NCBI GenBank assembly: GCA_977017645.1
Contig: OZ360227.1
Location: 24,118,001-24,182,000, forward strand
Origin: Torpedo marmorata
Taxonomy: Eukaryota
Reading direction: 5' to 3'
Length of the DNA stretch: 64,000 nt
Positions 12,644 through 24,791 of the stretch are shown one piece after another. Position 1 is the first letter of the stretch. Every line of letters begins with the position of its first letter. The position numbers were made by a program, and so were the translations under genes. The notes below the pieces were generated by a model, which did not search any database, was not told the origin of the DNA, and saw only the letters and a list, made by a program, of their open reading frames with translations.

Positions 12644-13129
12644 AATGAATCCTTAATACTTTAGTAGCTCTCACTAGACAGAAAGAGGTGTAGAGGGAGT
12701 CGATGGAGCGGAGGAGGAGTTTGTGTGATGGCCTGAGCTGTGTTCACAACTCTCTGCAGTTTCCTGTGGCCTTGGGTGGAGCAGTTCCCATAGTTTCTAT
12801 GATGCTTCTGTAAAAATTGGTGAGAGATGTCAGGGACATGCTGAATATCCTCAGGCTTCTGAGAAAGTAGTCTCCGGTGCGTTTCTTGGTTGTAACAAAA
12901 CTAAACCAGTTATCCAGAGGGTGGGTAGAAGTTATATTGTTCTGAGTGTGGGCCAGGAGAAAGAAATCGAAGAGAGGGTGGTGGTGAGTGAGGTTTTGCC
13001 GTGAGTTGTCTATGCTGTTTTGGAAGATGGGGGTAACAGGGTTAGATGAGGAAAGGCAAGTAGGAAGGGTACATTAGGATTACACAGGGTGTCTAGAATA
13101 GTCGATGCATTGGTTGCATGGAACAGCAG

Positions 13130-13292
13130 TGGGTCGAGCAGCATCAGAGGAAGAAAAAGAAAATCGGTGAAGGGTTCCAGCCTGAAACGCCAACGTTCTC
13201 CCACCGATGCTGCTCGACCTGCTGAGTTCCTTCAGCAGATTGTGTGTTGCTCCAGATGCCTGTGTCCACAGTCCCTTGTGTGTTTTGTGTTG
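13130..13292. repeat. Palindromic Penelope pLTR-derived mini-element
   Basis: GGTCGAGCAGCATC ... GATGCTGCTCGACC inverted arms around a GAAGGGTTCCAGCCTGAAAC core. Confidence 0.65.
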
Positions 13293-16200
13293 GATAATGC
13301 CATGTGAGGTGCATCAGAATGTTCTACCGCATCAGAGCAGTTATTTCAATGCAAGCTGTGCCTGATGACTGGGGAGAGAGGGTGAAGAGAGTGATCTGGC
13401 CCTTTCAGGTGGCAAACGTGCTGAGGAGCTGGAGTAATCCCAGCTCTTAAATCCTGCTTCGGTTGCCTTATAAATAATCAAACTCACCAGGAATTACTGA
13501 TTGGTCAATTTGTCGCTGAGGTTGTTAATTTTACCCTTTTGCCTGACAATATACCTGGTCGGGTACTGAAGGGCTGCGCAGACCAACTGACGGAGGTCCT
13601 TACAGACATCTTCAACACCTCACTGCAGAAGTCCAACATCCCCACAAGTTTCAAGACAGCTACCATCATCCCAGTACCAAAGAGGGTAACAGCAACAGAC
13701 CTCAATGACTACTACCCCATGACACAGACCTACACCATTATGAAATGGTTTGAGTTTCTGGTGAAGGAATGCATCAAAGTGCACCTCCCAGAAACACTGG
13801 AGCCATTTCAATTTGCCTATAGAAGAAACCATTCCACTGATGATGCTATAGCCTTGTCCCTCCACTCCGTCCTGACCCACCTGGAGAACGACACCTCATA
13901 TGCCAAGCTGTTGTTCATCGACTTCAGCTCGCTGTTTAATAGGATCATATCCCAGAGGCTGGTGGAGAAGCTGTCCTTTCTTGGACTCAACACCCCTCTC
14001 TGTAACTGGATTTTGGACTTCTTAACGGAAAGACCACAGTCTGTCTGGGTCGGTAGCAGAACGTCGAAGCCCGTCACACTAAGCACTGGCACACCTCAGG
14101 GCTGTGTGCTCAGCCTACTCCTGTTCACGTTACTGACCCAATACTACAACGTCAGATCCAGCTTCAACAGTGTCATCAAGTTTGCAGGTGACACAACAGT
14201 AGTTGGCCTTATCAGCAACAATGATGAGTCGCACTACAGAGAAGGGGTGGAAAATCTCGTGAAATGGTGCGAGAATAACAACCTGAGTCTCAACGTGGAC
14301 AAGACGAAGGAGATGATCGTGGACTTCAGGAGGACCAGGAACAACCACCCTCCACTACACATATTAACTCGGTAGTGGAGAGAGTAGAGAGCACTATGTT
14401 CCTTGGAGTCCACTTAACAAGTGACCTATTCTGGGCACACAACATCCCTTCATTTGTCAGGAAGGCGCAACTTCCTGAGAAGACTGAGGCGGGCAAGGCT
14501 ACCAGCCACCATCCTGTCAACTTTCTACAGGAGCTCTATCGAGAGCGTTCTGGCTGGCTGTATCATAATGTGGTACATTTGCTGTAGAGAAGTGGATCAG
14601 AGATCAATCCATAGGACTATAAGAGTGGCAGAGAGGATCACTGGGGTCTCCCTACCTCCATCTACGTGATCTACCGGGATCATTGTCTGAAGAGGTGAAG
14701 AGGGCGCGTAAAATCATTGAGGACCCCTCCACCCAACACACAGCATCTTTCAGCAACTCCTGTTGGGGAAGTGATACAGGAGTATCAGAGCCAGCATCAC
14801 CAGGCTAAACAGCTTCTTCTCAAGGGCAGTGAGACTGTTGAACGACTGAATGAACTGCTCATACAAACCTCTGAGACTACTATATATAAACAATATTTAT
14901 TTATTTTTATATATGTATATTTGTCCTGCATATGTATTGTTTGTCTTTATATGTGTTATATGTCTGGTTGCGTGTTTGTATTGTTACAAATTCAAACCAG
15001 CAATGACAGAAGATGCAATGCAAAAGGGGTAAAATTGAAATTTATATTTATTAAAGACAATTAAACATATAATTTCTTAACAATTAACCCCACTATAAAC
15101 GTTTATAAACACTATTCTTATCTAAAGAGTGTGTGTGTGGGTAAAGACCAGACCATTACAGTCTGTGCCCAACCCTCATGTAAAAATGGAAAAACCTTCC
15201 CCAAAACCCCAGGTCAGTCATAAAATTAAGTCAGTCCCAAAAATACAGTCCACAAAAATCACTCTTTATGTTCAGGGTCCAAATTCAGCTCTGTGTGCTG
15301 GCACGAAGGACTTCTTAATGAACGTTGGAGAGAGAGACAATAACTGTTTAAGCTTACGAATGCTTGGCCTGCTTTTCTTCTCAAGTCAAGTCAAGTCGTC
15401 ACCTTTATTTGTCGTTCATTACCATATACACAGTAAGACGAGATAGCGTTTCTCCAGGACCATGGGCAGATGTACATAAATATCATAATACAATAGAACA
15501 ACTATAACATGCTAATACACATATATATCTAGGAATTGAGGAGCCTGATGGCTTGGGGGAAAAAACTGTTGCACAGTCTGGACGTATGAGTCCGAGTGCT
15601 CATACCTCCTTCCAGATGGCAAAAGGGAAAACAGTTTACCAAAGGGGTGTGAGAAGTCCTTCACAATGTTTTTACCCTTCCTCATGCATCGTGTGTTGTA
15701 GATGTCGTCATGGTGGGGAGAGAGACTCCAATAATTTTCTCCGCTGACCCCACTATCCTCTGCAGGGTCTTTCGGTCCGAGATGGTACAGTTACCAAACC
15801 AAGCGGTGATGCAATTGCTCAGAATACTCTCAATACATCCCCTTTAGAATGTAGTAAGGATAGGGGTTGGGAGATGGACTTTCCTCAGCCTTCGCAGGAA
15901 GTAAAGACGCCGCTTGGCTTTCTTGACTACGGAACTGGTGTTGAGGGACCAGCTGAGACTCTCCACCAAGTGCACTCCAAGAAACTTGGTACTCTTTACG
16001 ACCCCAATGGTAGAGCCGTCCATGGTCAATGGAGAATGATCCCCCCGGGCCCTTCTGAAGTCGACAACCAACTCTTTCATTTTGTTTACATTCAGATGCA
16101 GGTTGTTGGCTCCGCACCATTCCATTAGCGACTGCACCTCATCTCTGTATGCTGACTCATCGTTCTTACTGATAAGGCCCACCATGGTCGTATTATCAGC

Positions 16201-18282
16201 GAACTTTATGATGTGATTCGAGCTGTGTTTTGCTGCACAGTTATGAGTCAGCAGGGTGAACAGCAATGGACTAAGCACACAGCCCTAGGGAGCCCCCGTG
16301 CTCAATGTAATGACCTTAGAAGTGCTGTTTCCAATCCGGACTGCCTGAGGTCTTCCCGTCAGGAAGTCTAGGATCCAATTACAGAGGGTGTAGTTTAGGC
16401 CCAGCCCGCTCAACTTCCCTATCAGGTACTGAGGTATGATCATGTTGAATGCCGAGCTGAAGTCAATAAACAGCATTCGAACATACGCGTCCTTATTTGC
16501 CAGGTGGGTGAGGGCTAGGTGGAGGGTGGTAATGATGGCATCATCTGTGGAGCGGTTTTTTTTTTGTTTTGGTTTTTTTAAATTTTATTTAAATTTTTAA
16601 ATCACATAATACATAAAATAAAATGCATATATTTGAAAATACATGTGATATACATTTTCTCCCCCCCTTCCCACCCTCCCCTCCCTAACCCCTATATCCC
16701 CACTATTCTAAAAAAAATATATAGTAAAAGAGAAAAAGAAAAAAGAAAGATAGAAAAATAGAGTGAGGAGACAACAAACTTCAAACTAATTTACCATAGA
16801 GGTTATTTTCGCCAGTGGATCCGATATCTAGAGAATTTAAATTGTTAAACCCATAATTCTCATATATGGGCCCCAAATTTTCAAGAAAAAATAATATTTA
16901 TTTCGCAAATTATAGGTAATTTTTTCTAATGGAATACATGAACGTAACTCTGCATGCCATCGTTCTAAATTTAAATCCACATCTGACTTCCAAGTAATAG
17001 CTATACACTTTATCGAAACTGCTAATACTATACGCAAAAATTCTACTTGGTACATATTTAATCTATTTCTAATACTAAATTTTTTAATATCTCCAAATAA
17101 AAATAACATAGAATCCATTGTAAACCCAACATTAAAAATTCTCTCTAAAAAATTCTTAACTTTCAACCAAAAATCTTGAATTTTTGAACATAACCATGTA
17201 CAATGAACAAAAGAGCCTATTTCACTCTTACATCTAAAACACATATCTGATAACGCTGGATTAAATTTCTTCAATTTTTTAGGTGTTAAATATAATTGAT
17301 GAAAGAAATTATATTGTACTAATCTATATCTAACATTAATAACTTTAGTCATACTTAATTTACATAAGTCTTTCCAATGATTTTCATCTATATTAACATT
17401 TAAGTCTAGTTCCCATTTTAATCTAGATTTATGTAACCCTACTTTAGACATCTTTCTCTGAAATAATTTATACATTTGTGATATAAACTTATTAATATTA
17501 ACTTTAATAATTAACAATTCCAATTCATTTTGTCTTGGTGCTACTAATTCATTCCCTAATATCTCAATCAAAAAGGCTTTAACTTGAAAATAAACTAATA
17601 TTGTATTATCTAATATATTAAATTTTTCTTTTAACCTTTGAAAAGTAACGAATCTACCAGCTTCAAAACAATCTTTTAAGGTCTTAATTCCCTTTTGAAA
17701 CCATAATTTAAGTAACTGATTGTCAATAGAAAATGGTATAAGCAGATTTTGGTATATTGGTGTATTTAAAGAAATTGATCCTTTCCGACCTATCTCTTTA
17801 TCTACCTGTGACCAAATTTCCAACAAATGTTTAATAATTGGTGAATTTTTCTTTTTAGCTAATAACAATTTAGAGTTCCACTTATAAATAATCTCTTCTT
17901 TATGTATTTCTCCTATATTATTCAATTCTATATTAATCCAAGCAGAAGATTTAGTTGAATCAAAAAATTCATTAATAAATTTTAATTGAGCTGCTTTGTA
18001 ATAATACTGAAAATTAGGAAGTTGCAGTCCTCCCATCTCATAATTCCATGTTAATTTACCTATACTTACTCTTGCCAACTTTCCTTTCCATAAAAATTTC
18101 CTAATAACAAATTTTAAATCCTTAAAAAATTTATTTGGGATTCCAAAAGGAATCGATTGAAAAAGATATTGAATTCTTGGAAAAACATTCATTTTAATAC
18201 AGTTTACTCTTCCCATCAAAGTTATAGGTAAATCTTTCCAAAGTTCTAAATCTTTTTTTATTTTCATGAATAAAGGTATGTA

Positions 18283-19145
18283 CCGTATATTTCGGCGTAT
18301 AAGTCGACCCTTGAAACCCTCAAAAATGTCTCAAAAAACGGGGGTCGACTTATACGCCGGATATACTTTTGAGACCTTAAAATCAGCTCAAAATCGAGTT
18401 CACGCCGATTAGGCGTATAAGTCGACCCCTGAAAACACGATTCGGCGTATAGGTCGACCCTGGAAGTGCCTCCCCACCGCCGGCGCCGCCGCTCCCCGAC
18501 ACCTCCCCACCGCCGGGCGCCACCATAAACCACCCAGACATTCTACAATTGTAGAGCCTGAGCTCCCCGCTCCTACCCGGGAGAACGAGGTCGCCGCTCC
18601 TGCCCGGGAGAACGAGCTCCCCGCTCCTGCCTGGGAGAATGAGCTCCCCGCTCCTGCTCGGGAGAAAGACGTCCCCGCTCCTGCCTGGGAGAACGAGCTC
18701 CCCGCTCCTGCTCGGGAGAACGAGCTCCCCGCTCCTGCCTGGGAGAACGAGCTCCCCGCTCCTGCCTGGGAGAACGAGCTCCCCGCTACTGCTCGGGAGA
18801 ACGAGCTCCCCGCTCCTGCTCAGGAGAAAGACGTCGCCGCACCTGCATCTTCCCGGCCAGAAGCAAAGGTTTTTTTACTGTTTTTTTTACTTACCGGTAC
18901 TTGCTTAATTTACAGCTTTGTTACTTGGCGATTGGGATGTTGTAACAAATTTTGGGTTGTTGCTGGGAGGCCCAGACAGCCTGAAAATTGGGGGTCGACT
19001 TATACGCCGGTCAATGCGCAACATCTCAGGCATCGCGATTTTTGGGGTCGACTTATACGCCGGATATACCATAAAACCATTAAAATGAGGCTGAAAAAAG
19101 GGGGTCGACTTATACGCCGGTCGACTTATACGCCGAAATATACGG
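18283..19145. mobile_element. Tc2/pogo-type (Tc1-mariner superfamily) non-autonomous DNA transposon
   Basis: TIR CCGTATATTTCGGCGTATAAGTCGACC, TA TSD, repeated subterminal GGTCGACTTATACGCCG; removing it restores the L1 frame (KLNYIPLFMK). Confidence 0.93.
18560..18838. repeat. 27-bp GC-rich minisatellite (~10 copies)
   Basis: Unit GAGCTCCCCGCTCCTGCCTGGGAGAAC. Confidence 0.95.
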
Positions 19146-22100
19146 TAGTTTAATTTATACAAATTTTCCAACTTTGTATCCACTTTAACTCCCAAATATT
19201 TAATACTTTCTTTAGCCCATTTAAACTCCGTAACCTCTCTACATCTAGTATAATCACCTTGAGATAAAGCCAAAATCTCGCTTTTATCTGAATTAATTTT
19301 ATATCCAGATATCTCACCATATTCTATCAATATAGTAGCCAATTGCTGAAGTGATGTGACAGATTTTGTCATATATATTAATACATCATCTGCAAACAAG
19401 CTAATCTTATGTTCTTCCCTACCAACTTTTATACCCATTATATTTATATCTTCTCTAATCAATTCAGCTAAAGGTTCTATTGCCAAAACAAATAAAGCAG
19501 GTGACAGAGGGCATCCCTGTCTTGTTGATCTTGATAATAAGTATTTTTGCGATACTTGTCCATTTGTAACTACTTTAGCTGTAGGCTCTTTGTATATAGT
19601 TTTAATCCAATTTATAAAAATATTTCCAAAACCAAATTTTTCCAAAACCTTAAATAAAAAATTCCATTCTAACCTATCAAAAGCCTTCTCTGCATCCAAT
19701 GTTACCACCAATGGTAAATCTTGTTTCTTCTTATGTAAATTAATCAAACTTATCAATCTAGCTATATTATCTTTTGAATATCTATTCTTAATAAATCCAG
19801 CTTGATCTGAATGTATCAAGTTTGGTAAATATTTAGCTAATCTATTTGCAAAAATTTTTCCCATTATTTTATAATCTACATTTAACAATGAAATAGGCCT
19901 ATAAGACTCAGTTTTCAACACATCTCTATCTTTCTTTGGTATAACTGTAATAATAGCGTTTAAAAATGTCTTCGGTAGTAAATGAGTTTCAGTAACTTGA
20001 TTCAATACCTCCATATATAAAGGTATCAATAAATCTTTAAATTCTTTATAAAATTCTACTGGAAACCCATCGTCACCTGGAGATTTACCACTTTTCAACG
20101 TTGATATTGCCTCAGTAACTTCTCTCATCGTAAAAGGTAGGTCCAAAGAATATTTACTCAGAACATTCAATTTAGGTAGAGTAATTTTAGATAAAAATCT
20201 ATTAATCTTCATATCATCATGATCGATCTCAGATCTATATAAATTCTGATAATAATCTTTAAAAGATTCATTTATTTCTTGTGGCTTATAAGTTATTTCC
20301 CCAGTGTTTCTTTTCCTTATAGCATTAATAGTTTTAGAAACTTGCTCTTTTTTTAATTGCCATGATAAAACCTTATGAGCTTTTCCCCTAATTCATAATA
20401 TCTTTGTTTCGTTCTTTCAATTAATTTTTCAGTCTTACGAGTTTGTAATAAATTATAATGTAATTTCCTCCTAACTAAACGATTTCTCTTAAGAATTGAC
20501 TTATTTCTCTGTAAATCCTTTTCCATGAATTCAATCTCCCTCTCTAATTTTTCTTCTTCTTTCAAATAGTCTTTCTTAATCTTTGCTGAAAAACTTATTA
20601 TTAAACCTCTTAAATAAGCTTTCAAAGCTTCCCATATCATAAATTTATCATTAATCGAATTATTATTTGTTCTTAAAAATTCCTGAATTTCTCTTCTCAT
20701 ATATTCACAAAAATCCTTCCTTTTCAATAAAGAAGAGTCAAATCTCCAATTATATACAGTTTTTTCCTTCTCCGGGATTATACATGTCATTAATAAAGGT
20801 GAATGATCTGAAATTATTCTTGCTTTGTAGGATACTTGTGTTATTCTATCTTGAATTTGTGAAGATAATAAGAATAAATCTATCCTAGAAAATGAATTAT
20901 GTCTAAATGAATAAAATGAGTAATCTTTCTCTCTAGGATTCAATTTTCTCCAAATATCTACCAAATTTAAATCCTCCATCAAATTAATAATCTTTTTAAC
21001 TATTTTAGGTCTAACAGATGTCTTAGAAGTTTTATCCATTACTGGATTTAAACAACAATTGAAGTCTCCACCAATTAAAATATTTTCTTTAGTATCTGAT
21101 AAATGTAGAAAAACATCTTGAATAAATTGTTCATCATCTGGATTTTTGTGGAGCGGTTTTGATCTATATGCGAACTGCAGGGGGTCCAGTGAGGGGGGCA
21201 GCAGAAGCTTGATGTGCCACATGACGAGCCTCTCGAAGCACTTCATGACAGTAGATGTGAATGCGACAGGGCAGTAGTCATTGAGGCAGGACACCGTCGA
21301 CTTCTTCGGCACGGGGATGATGGTAGCGGCTTTGAAGCACGTTGGAACCACGGCACTGCTCAGGGAGATGTTAAAGATGTCGGTGAGAACATCAGCCAGC
21401 TGGGCCGCACATCCCCTGAGGACTCTGCCGGGAATGTTATCTGGCCCAGCAGCTTTCCGTGGGTTAACCTTGCTTAACACTCTCCTCACGTCGGCCACTG
21501 TGAAACACAGCACCTGATCATTTGGAGGAGGGGTTGTCTTCTTTGCCACTACATAATTTTTCGCCTCAAAATGCGCGTAGAAGTTGTTCAGTGCATCTGG
21601 AAGGGAGGCATCACCAGCGCAGTCAGATGGTGTATTCTTGTGGTTGGTGATATCTTGAATGCCCTTCCACATGCGTTGCGTGTCCTTGCTGTCCTGAAAG
21701 TGACTCTCTGATGACTTTCCCTTTTGGTAGTACACGAGGATTGCGATTCCAAATCAGTTTTGATTGAGGCGTATACTTGGATCTCACAGCCTGTCTCGCT
21801 GATCTCACACCTATTCTTCACGAAAGTTGTTTTAACTCAGGATTTTGCTGATACAGGAGGCCATGTGCTATTCTCCCAGCCTTTCCCCCTGGGATGCACA
21901 AGCCTGGAGTTTAGCTGTGTTCTTCCAGCCTCTTGTAACTCCGAACTAAATCAGAATGCTTTTTGCAGAGGTTTGCACCTGCTTTTGCAAAAGTGCAACA
22001 AAGCATCTTTCCACTGCCTGTCTCTCTCTCTGTGTCTCTCTCTCTGAGTACAGCAAGTCCTGGGCAAGTTAACTCTTTCAGGTACCTGGTCCCAGTGTGT

Positions 22101-22284
22101 ACTCCAAAAGACTTCATCCTTCCTGCTGACCGTCCGCAGTCCAAACGGTCAGTCATGGTCCATAACAGTATGTTTTGCACCGAGGACCGGAGAACGCTGT
22201 TTCGTCGGGTTGTACTTGTACAATTGGATGATAAATAAACGTGAATTTGAAAGTGAACTCGATGATCAGGTGTGAAAAATGGAA

Positions 22285-22590
22285 TGCACAGCACTGTCTC
22301 ACAGCTCCAGCCACCCATGTTCAATCGGCACTGTCTGTGGAGTTTGCACGTTCTCCCTGTCACCGCATGGGATTCCCCCATCCCTCGGTGCTCGGGTTTC
22401 CCCCCACATCCTGAAGGCGTGCGGGTTACCGGGTTAATTGGGCACTGTAAATTGTCCCCAATGAGTAGATAAGTAGAGTTGAGAGGAATGTGGGGAGGAT
22501 AAAATGGGATGAGTGTGAGATCAGTGTATATGGGTGGCTTATGGTTGGTGAGGAATCGATGGAGTGAATGGCCTGTCTCTGTGCTGCATT
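22285..22590 (+). mobile_element. V-SINE (older subfamily)
   Basis: GGAGTTTGCACGTTCTCCCTGT V-domain; CR1-like tail. Confidence 0.75.
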
Positions 22591-23683
22591 TGTCCTTGAC
22601 TGTTGTAATAACAGACCCCCAGGCAATCTACAGATGCGTTAGAAGTTGACCGATGTGTATTTTATTTCCGTTATCTCTGTAGAGCTCCTCACTAGAGTAT
22701 TCAATGTTCGTAGTGGTGCTCTCAACACTGCTTCTCCTCTAAGGGGAAAGTGAGTGGAGCAGAAGCATGACTGACTCATTTATTCTGTGAGCTCAGACAT
22801 CACCTTATGAATCAGATGCACCACCATTCCCTTTCAGTTACTTGTGGTAAATGGAAAATAACAATTGCACTTTCCCATCACTGCAGGTTTTCTCTCTGAT
22901 GTTACAGATTAGGTCTGCCAATTGTAGTGTGGCATCAAGGGGTTGAGTGGGATTGAGTTTGCATTCATGCACCAGAAGGAATGTGCAATTCCCACTCCAA
23001 GTCTGGGTTATTTTTTTCCCCCAGTATCAGGGAAGGTTCGTGTCATGAGCGCAACTCAGTTGCTCCTCAGATGCACTCTCAAGATTGTGCAGTTGTGGGT
23101 TTGCGTGCGCGCTGTGAGAGCATCAGAGCGAGTCATGGCATCGTTTAGCATGGAACAGGCACTTCTGCCCAACTCATCTATGCCAACCAAGTTGGCATAC
23201 TGGGCTACTCCCATTTGCCTGCATTTAGTCCATATCCTTCTAAAGCCTTCCTATCTATGCATCTGTCCAAATGTCTTTTGTGTTGTAATGGTACCCGTCT
23301 CTACAGCTTCATCTGGCAGGTCATTCTAGATATGGATCACCCGCTGAGTGAAAAAGTTCCCCCTCATTTCCCTCTCACCCTAAACCTATGCCCTGTAGTT
23401 CTAGAACTAGTTCTGTTCTTCCGTTGCTAATCTCTGTACAGTTGGAGTGGAATGGATCATTGATGTTATCTTTCAGAAGTGATTTTGGGCTGAGGAAGTT
23501 TAAGTTGACAGAGCATTAACTGCAGTTCAGTCGATCGCTGTCTTGACTTAACATGGAAAGGTTGTAGAGATGAGCACAAAAAACCAGGCAGGTACATAAA
23601 CACAGTAGTGGAAGGAGTACTGACCTTCAGGTGAGGTTCTGGTTTATTTCTTGTGAATGATCTCATGACATGGTTAGGGAAAT

Positions 23684-23893
23684 GCAATCCACTGAAGTGC
23701 TGAAAAACTCAGCAGGTCACGCAGCCTCCATAGGAAGTAAAGGGTAATGAACATTTCAGGCCTGGGCCCTTCGACAGGTATCTGGCCAGGCCTGAAACTT
23801 TGGTTACCCTTTACTTCCAATAGATGCTGCGTGACCTGCTGAGTTTCTCCGGCACTTTTGTGGATTGCGTTTGATCCCAGCATCTGCAGACTT
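23684..23893. repeat. Palindromic Penelope pLTR mini-element
   Basis: ~82-bp inverted arms 23684-23765 and 23786-23868 with a 20-nt loop. Confidence 0.85.
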
Positions 23894-24159
23894 CAATGTA
23901 TAACAACATGGTTAAGGGAGTTATCTCTGGCGTCCTGGTTGACCTTCATCCATAATAGGGTCACGAAGCATGAATCACCCAATTGCTGCTTGTGGAAGCT
24001 ACTCTCTCTTGAACATAACAGGCCATGACTACTCCAGAAATAAATTGGCTGCATAGTTTCTTTAGCGATTCCAGAGGGTGTAAAAGGCATTCTGTTAGAT
24101 TCCTGAAGCAGGTGCTATGCTGAGCTCTGTCATGGGAAGGGATTATCAGGTGGACAGAG

Positions 24160-24470
24160 ATGCAGGTTCAAGGATGCGTGCAAAGCCTCCTTGATGTATT
24201 GCCGCATTCCCACTGACCCCTGGAATCTCTGGCCCACATCTCAAAGTGGAGAAGGAGTGTTTGGGATGGGATTGAACACCTTGAATCCACATGGAAGCCC
24301 AGTATAGATGACAGAGGGATGGGACTACCTCACAAACCAGCCACCCCCTTCCCGCACTGCGGAAGAGTCTGCGGTTCTCACATCGGCCTCGTCATTGACC
24401 TTGGAGCTCAGAGAACTGGAGCACCATCACGTCACCCTAGATCTTGAGGAATTGACTAAGAACAAGTACA
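24160..24470 (+). mobile_element. RTE-type LINE 3' fragment
   Basis: RFKDACKASL..IPTDPW..LA..SKWRRSVWDG resembles the RTE C-terminus. Confidence 0.55.
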
Positions 24471-24589
24471 TGCCTGTCTCTCGTGTTACACACGGTCAAA
24501 GGGTGAACGAGATTCAAGCGGGGCCTTTAATTTCTGCATGATACTCACTTCCACCTTGTCTTCTCCCAACGCAGATTAGTCTGCGGCAG

Positions 24590-24791
24590 CACACAAGGGA
24601 CTGCAGATGCTGGAATTTGAAGCTGAACACAATGTGCTGGAGGAACTCAGCAGGATCTGAGGGAGAAAAAGAATGGTCACTGTTTCGGGCTGGAACACTG
24701 ATGATGAAGGGGTTCCGACCCGAAACGTTGCCCATTCTTTTTCCCCCACGGGTGCTCCTCGGCCTGCTGAGTTCCTCCAACAGATTGTGTT
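24590..24791. repeat. Palindromic Penelope pLTR mini-element with a hammerhead-like centre
   Basis: Inverted arms (GGAGGAACTCAGCAGG / CCTGCTGAGTTCCTCC) around TGATGAAGGGGTTCCGACCCGAAACGTT. Confidence 0.75.

Larger units (their letters stand above)
16560..21146 (-). mobile_element. 5'-truncated L1-clade LINE (ORF2: partial APE, RT, C-terminal CCHC region), antisense to AHR
   Basis: GGDFN, SDH, LDAEKAFD, RQGCPLSP, FADD, CFRC...HCTWLC; poly(A) tail at 16560; 14-bp TSD TGTGGAGCGGTTTT (16546-16559, 21147-21160). Confidence 0.96.
15383..21704 (-). mobile_element. Rex1/Babar LINE inserted in the solo LTR and split by L1
   Basis: RT motifs in ORFs 15844-16476 and the 21160-21700 segment; (GACTT)n tail at 15383. 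Confidence 0.9.
14982..22167 (-). mobile_element. Solo LTR, ~0.85 kb (copy 1; parts 14982-15382 and 21705-22167)
   Basis: TGTTA...TAACA ends, 4-bp TSD GTAT; highly similar to 30375-32351; orientation inferred from the position of AATAAA. Confidence 0.88.
13540..22260 (+). mobile_element. Rex1/Babar LINE (outer layer of the nest; 3' UTR split by a solo LTR)
   Basis: RT ORF 13539-14375 ([35 protein letters not shown]); 3' UTR resumes at 22168 after the TSD. Confidence 0.9.

Noticed and set aside
18639-18908. ORF with SSPLLPGRT repeats
   Set aside because: Translation of a 27-bp minisatellite inside a MITE
18283-19145. Repeats with variable spacers resembling a CRISPR array
   Set aside because: Motifs occur in both orientations inside a TA-flanked TIR element in vertebrate DNA, with no cas genes; they are subterminal transposon repeats
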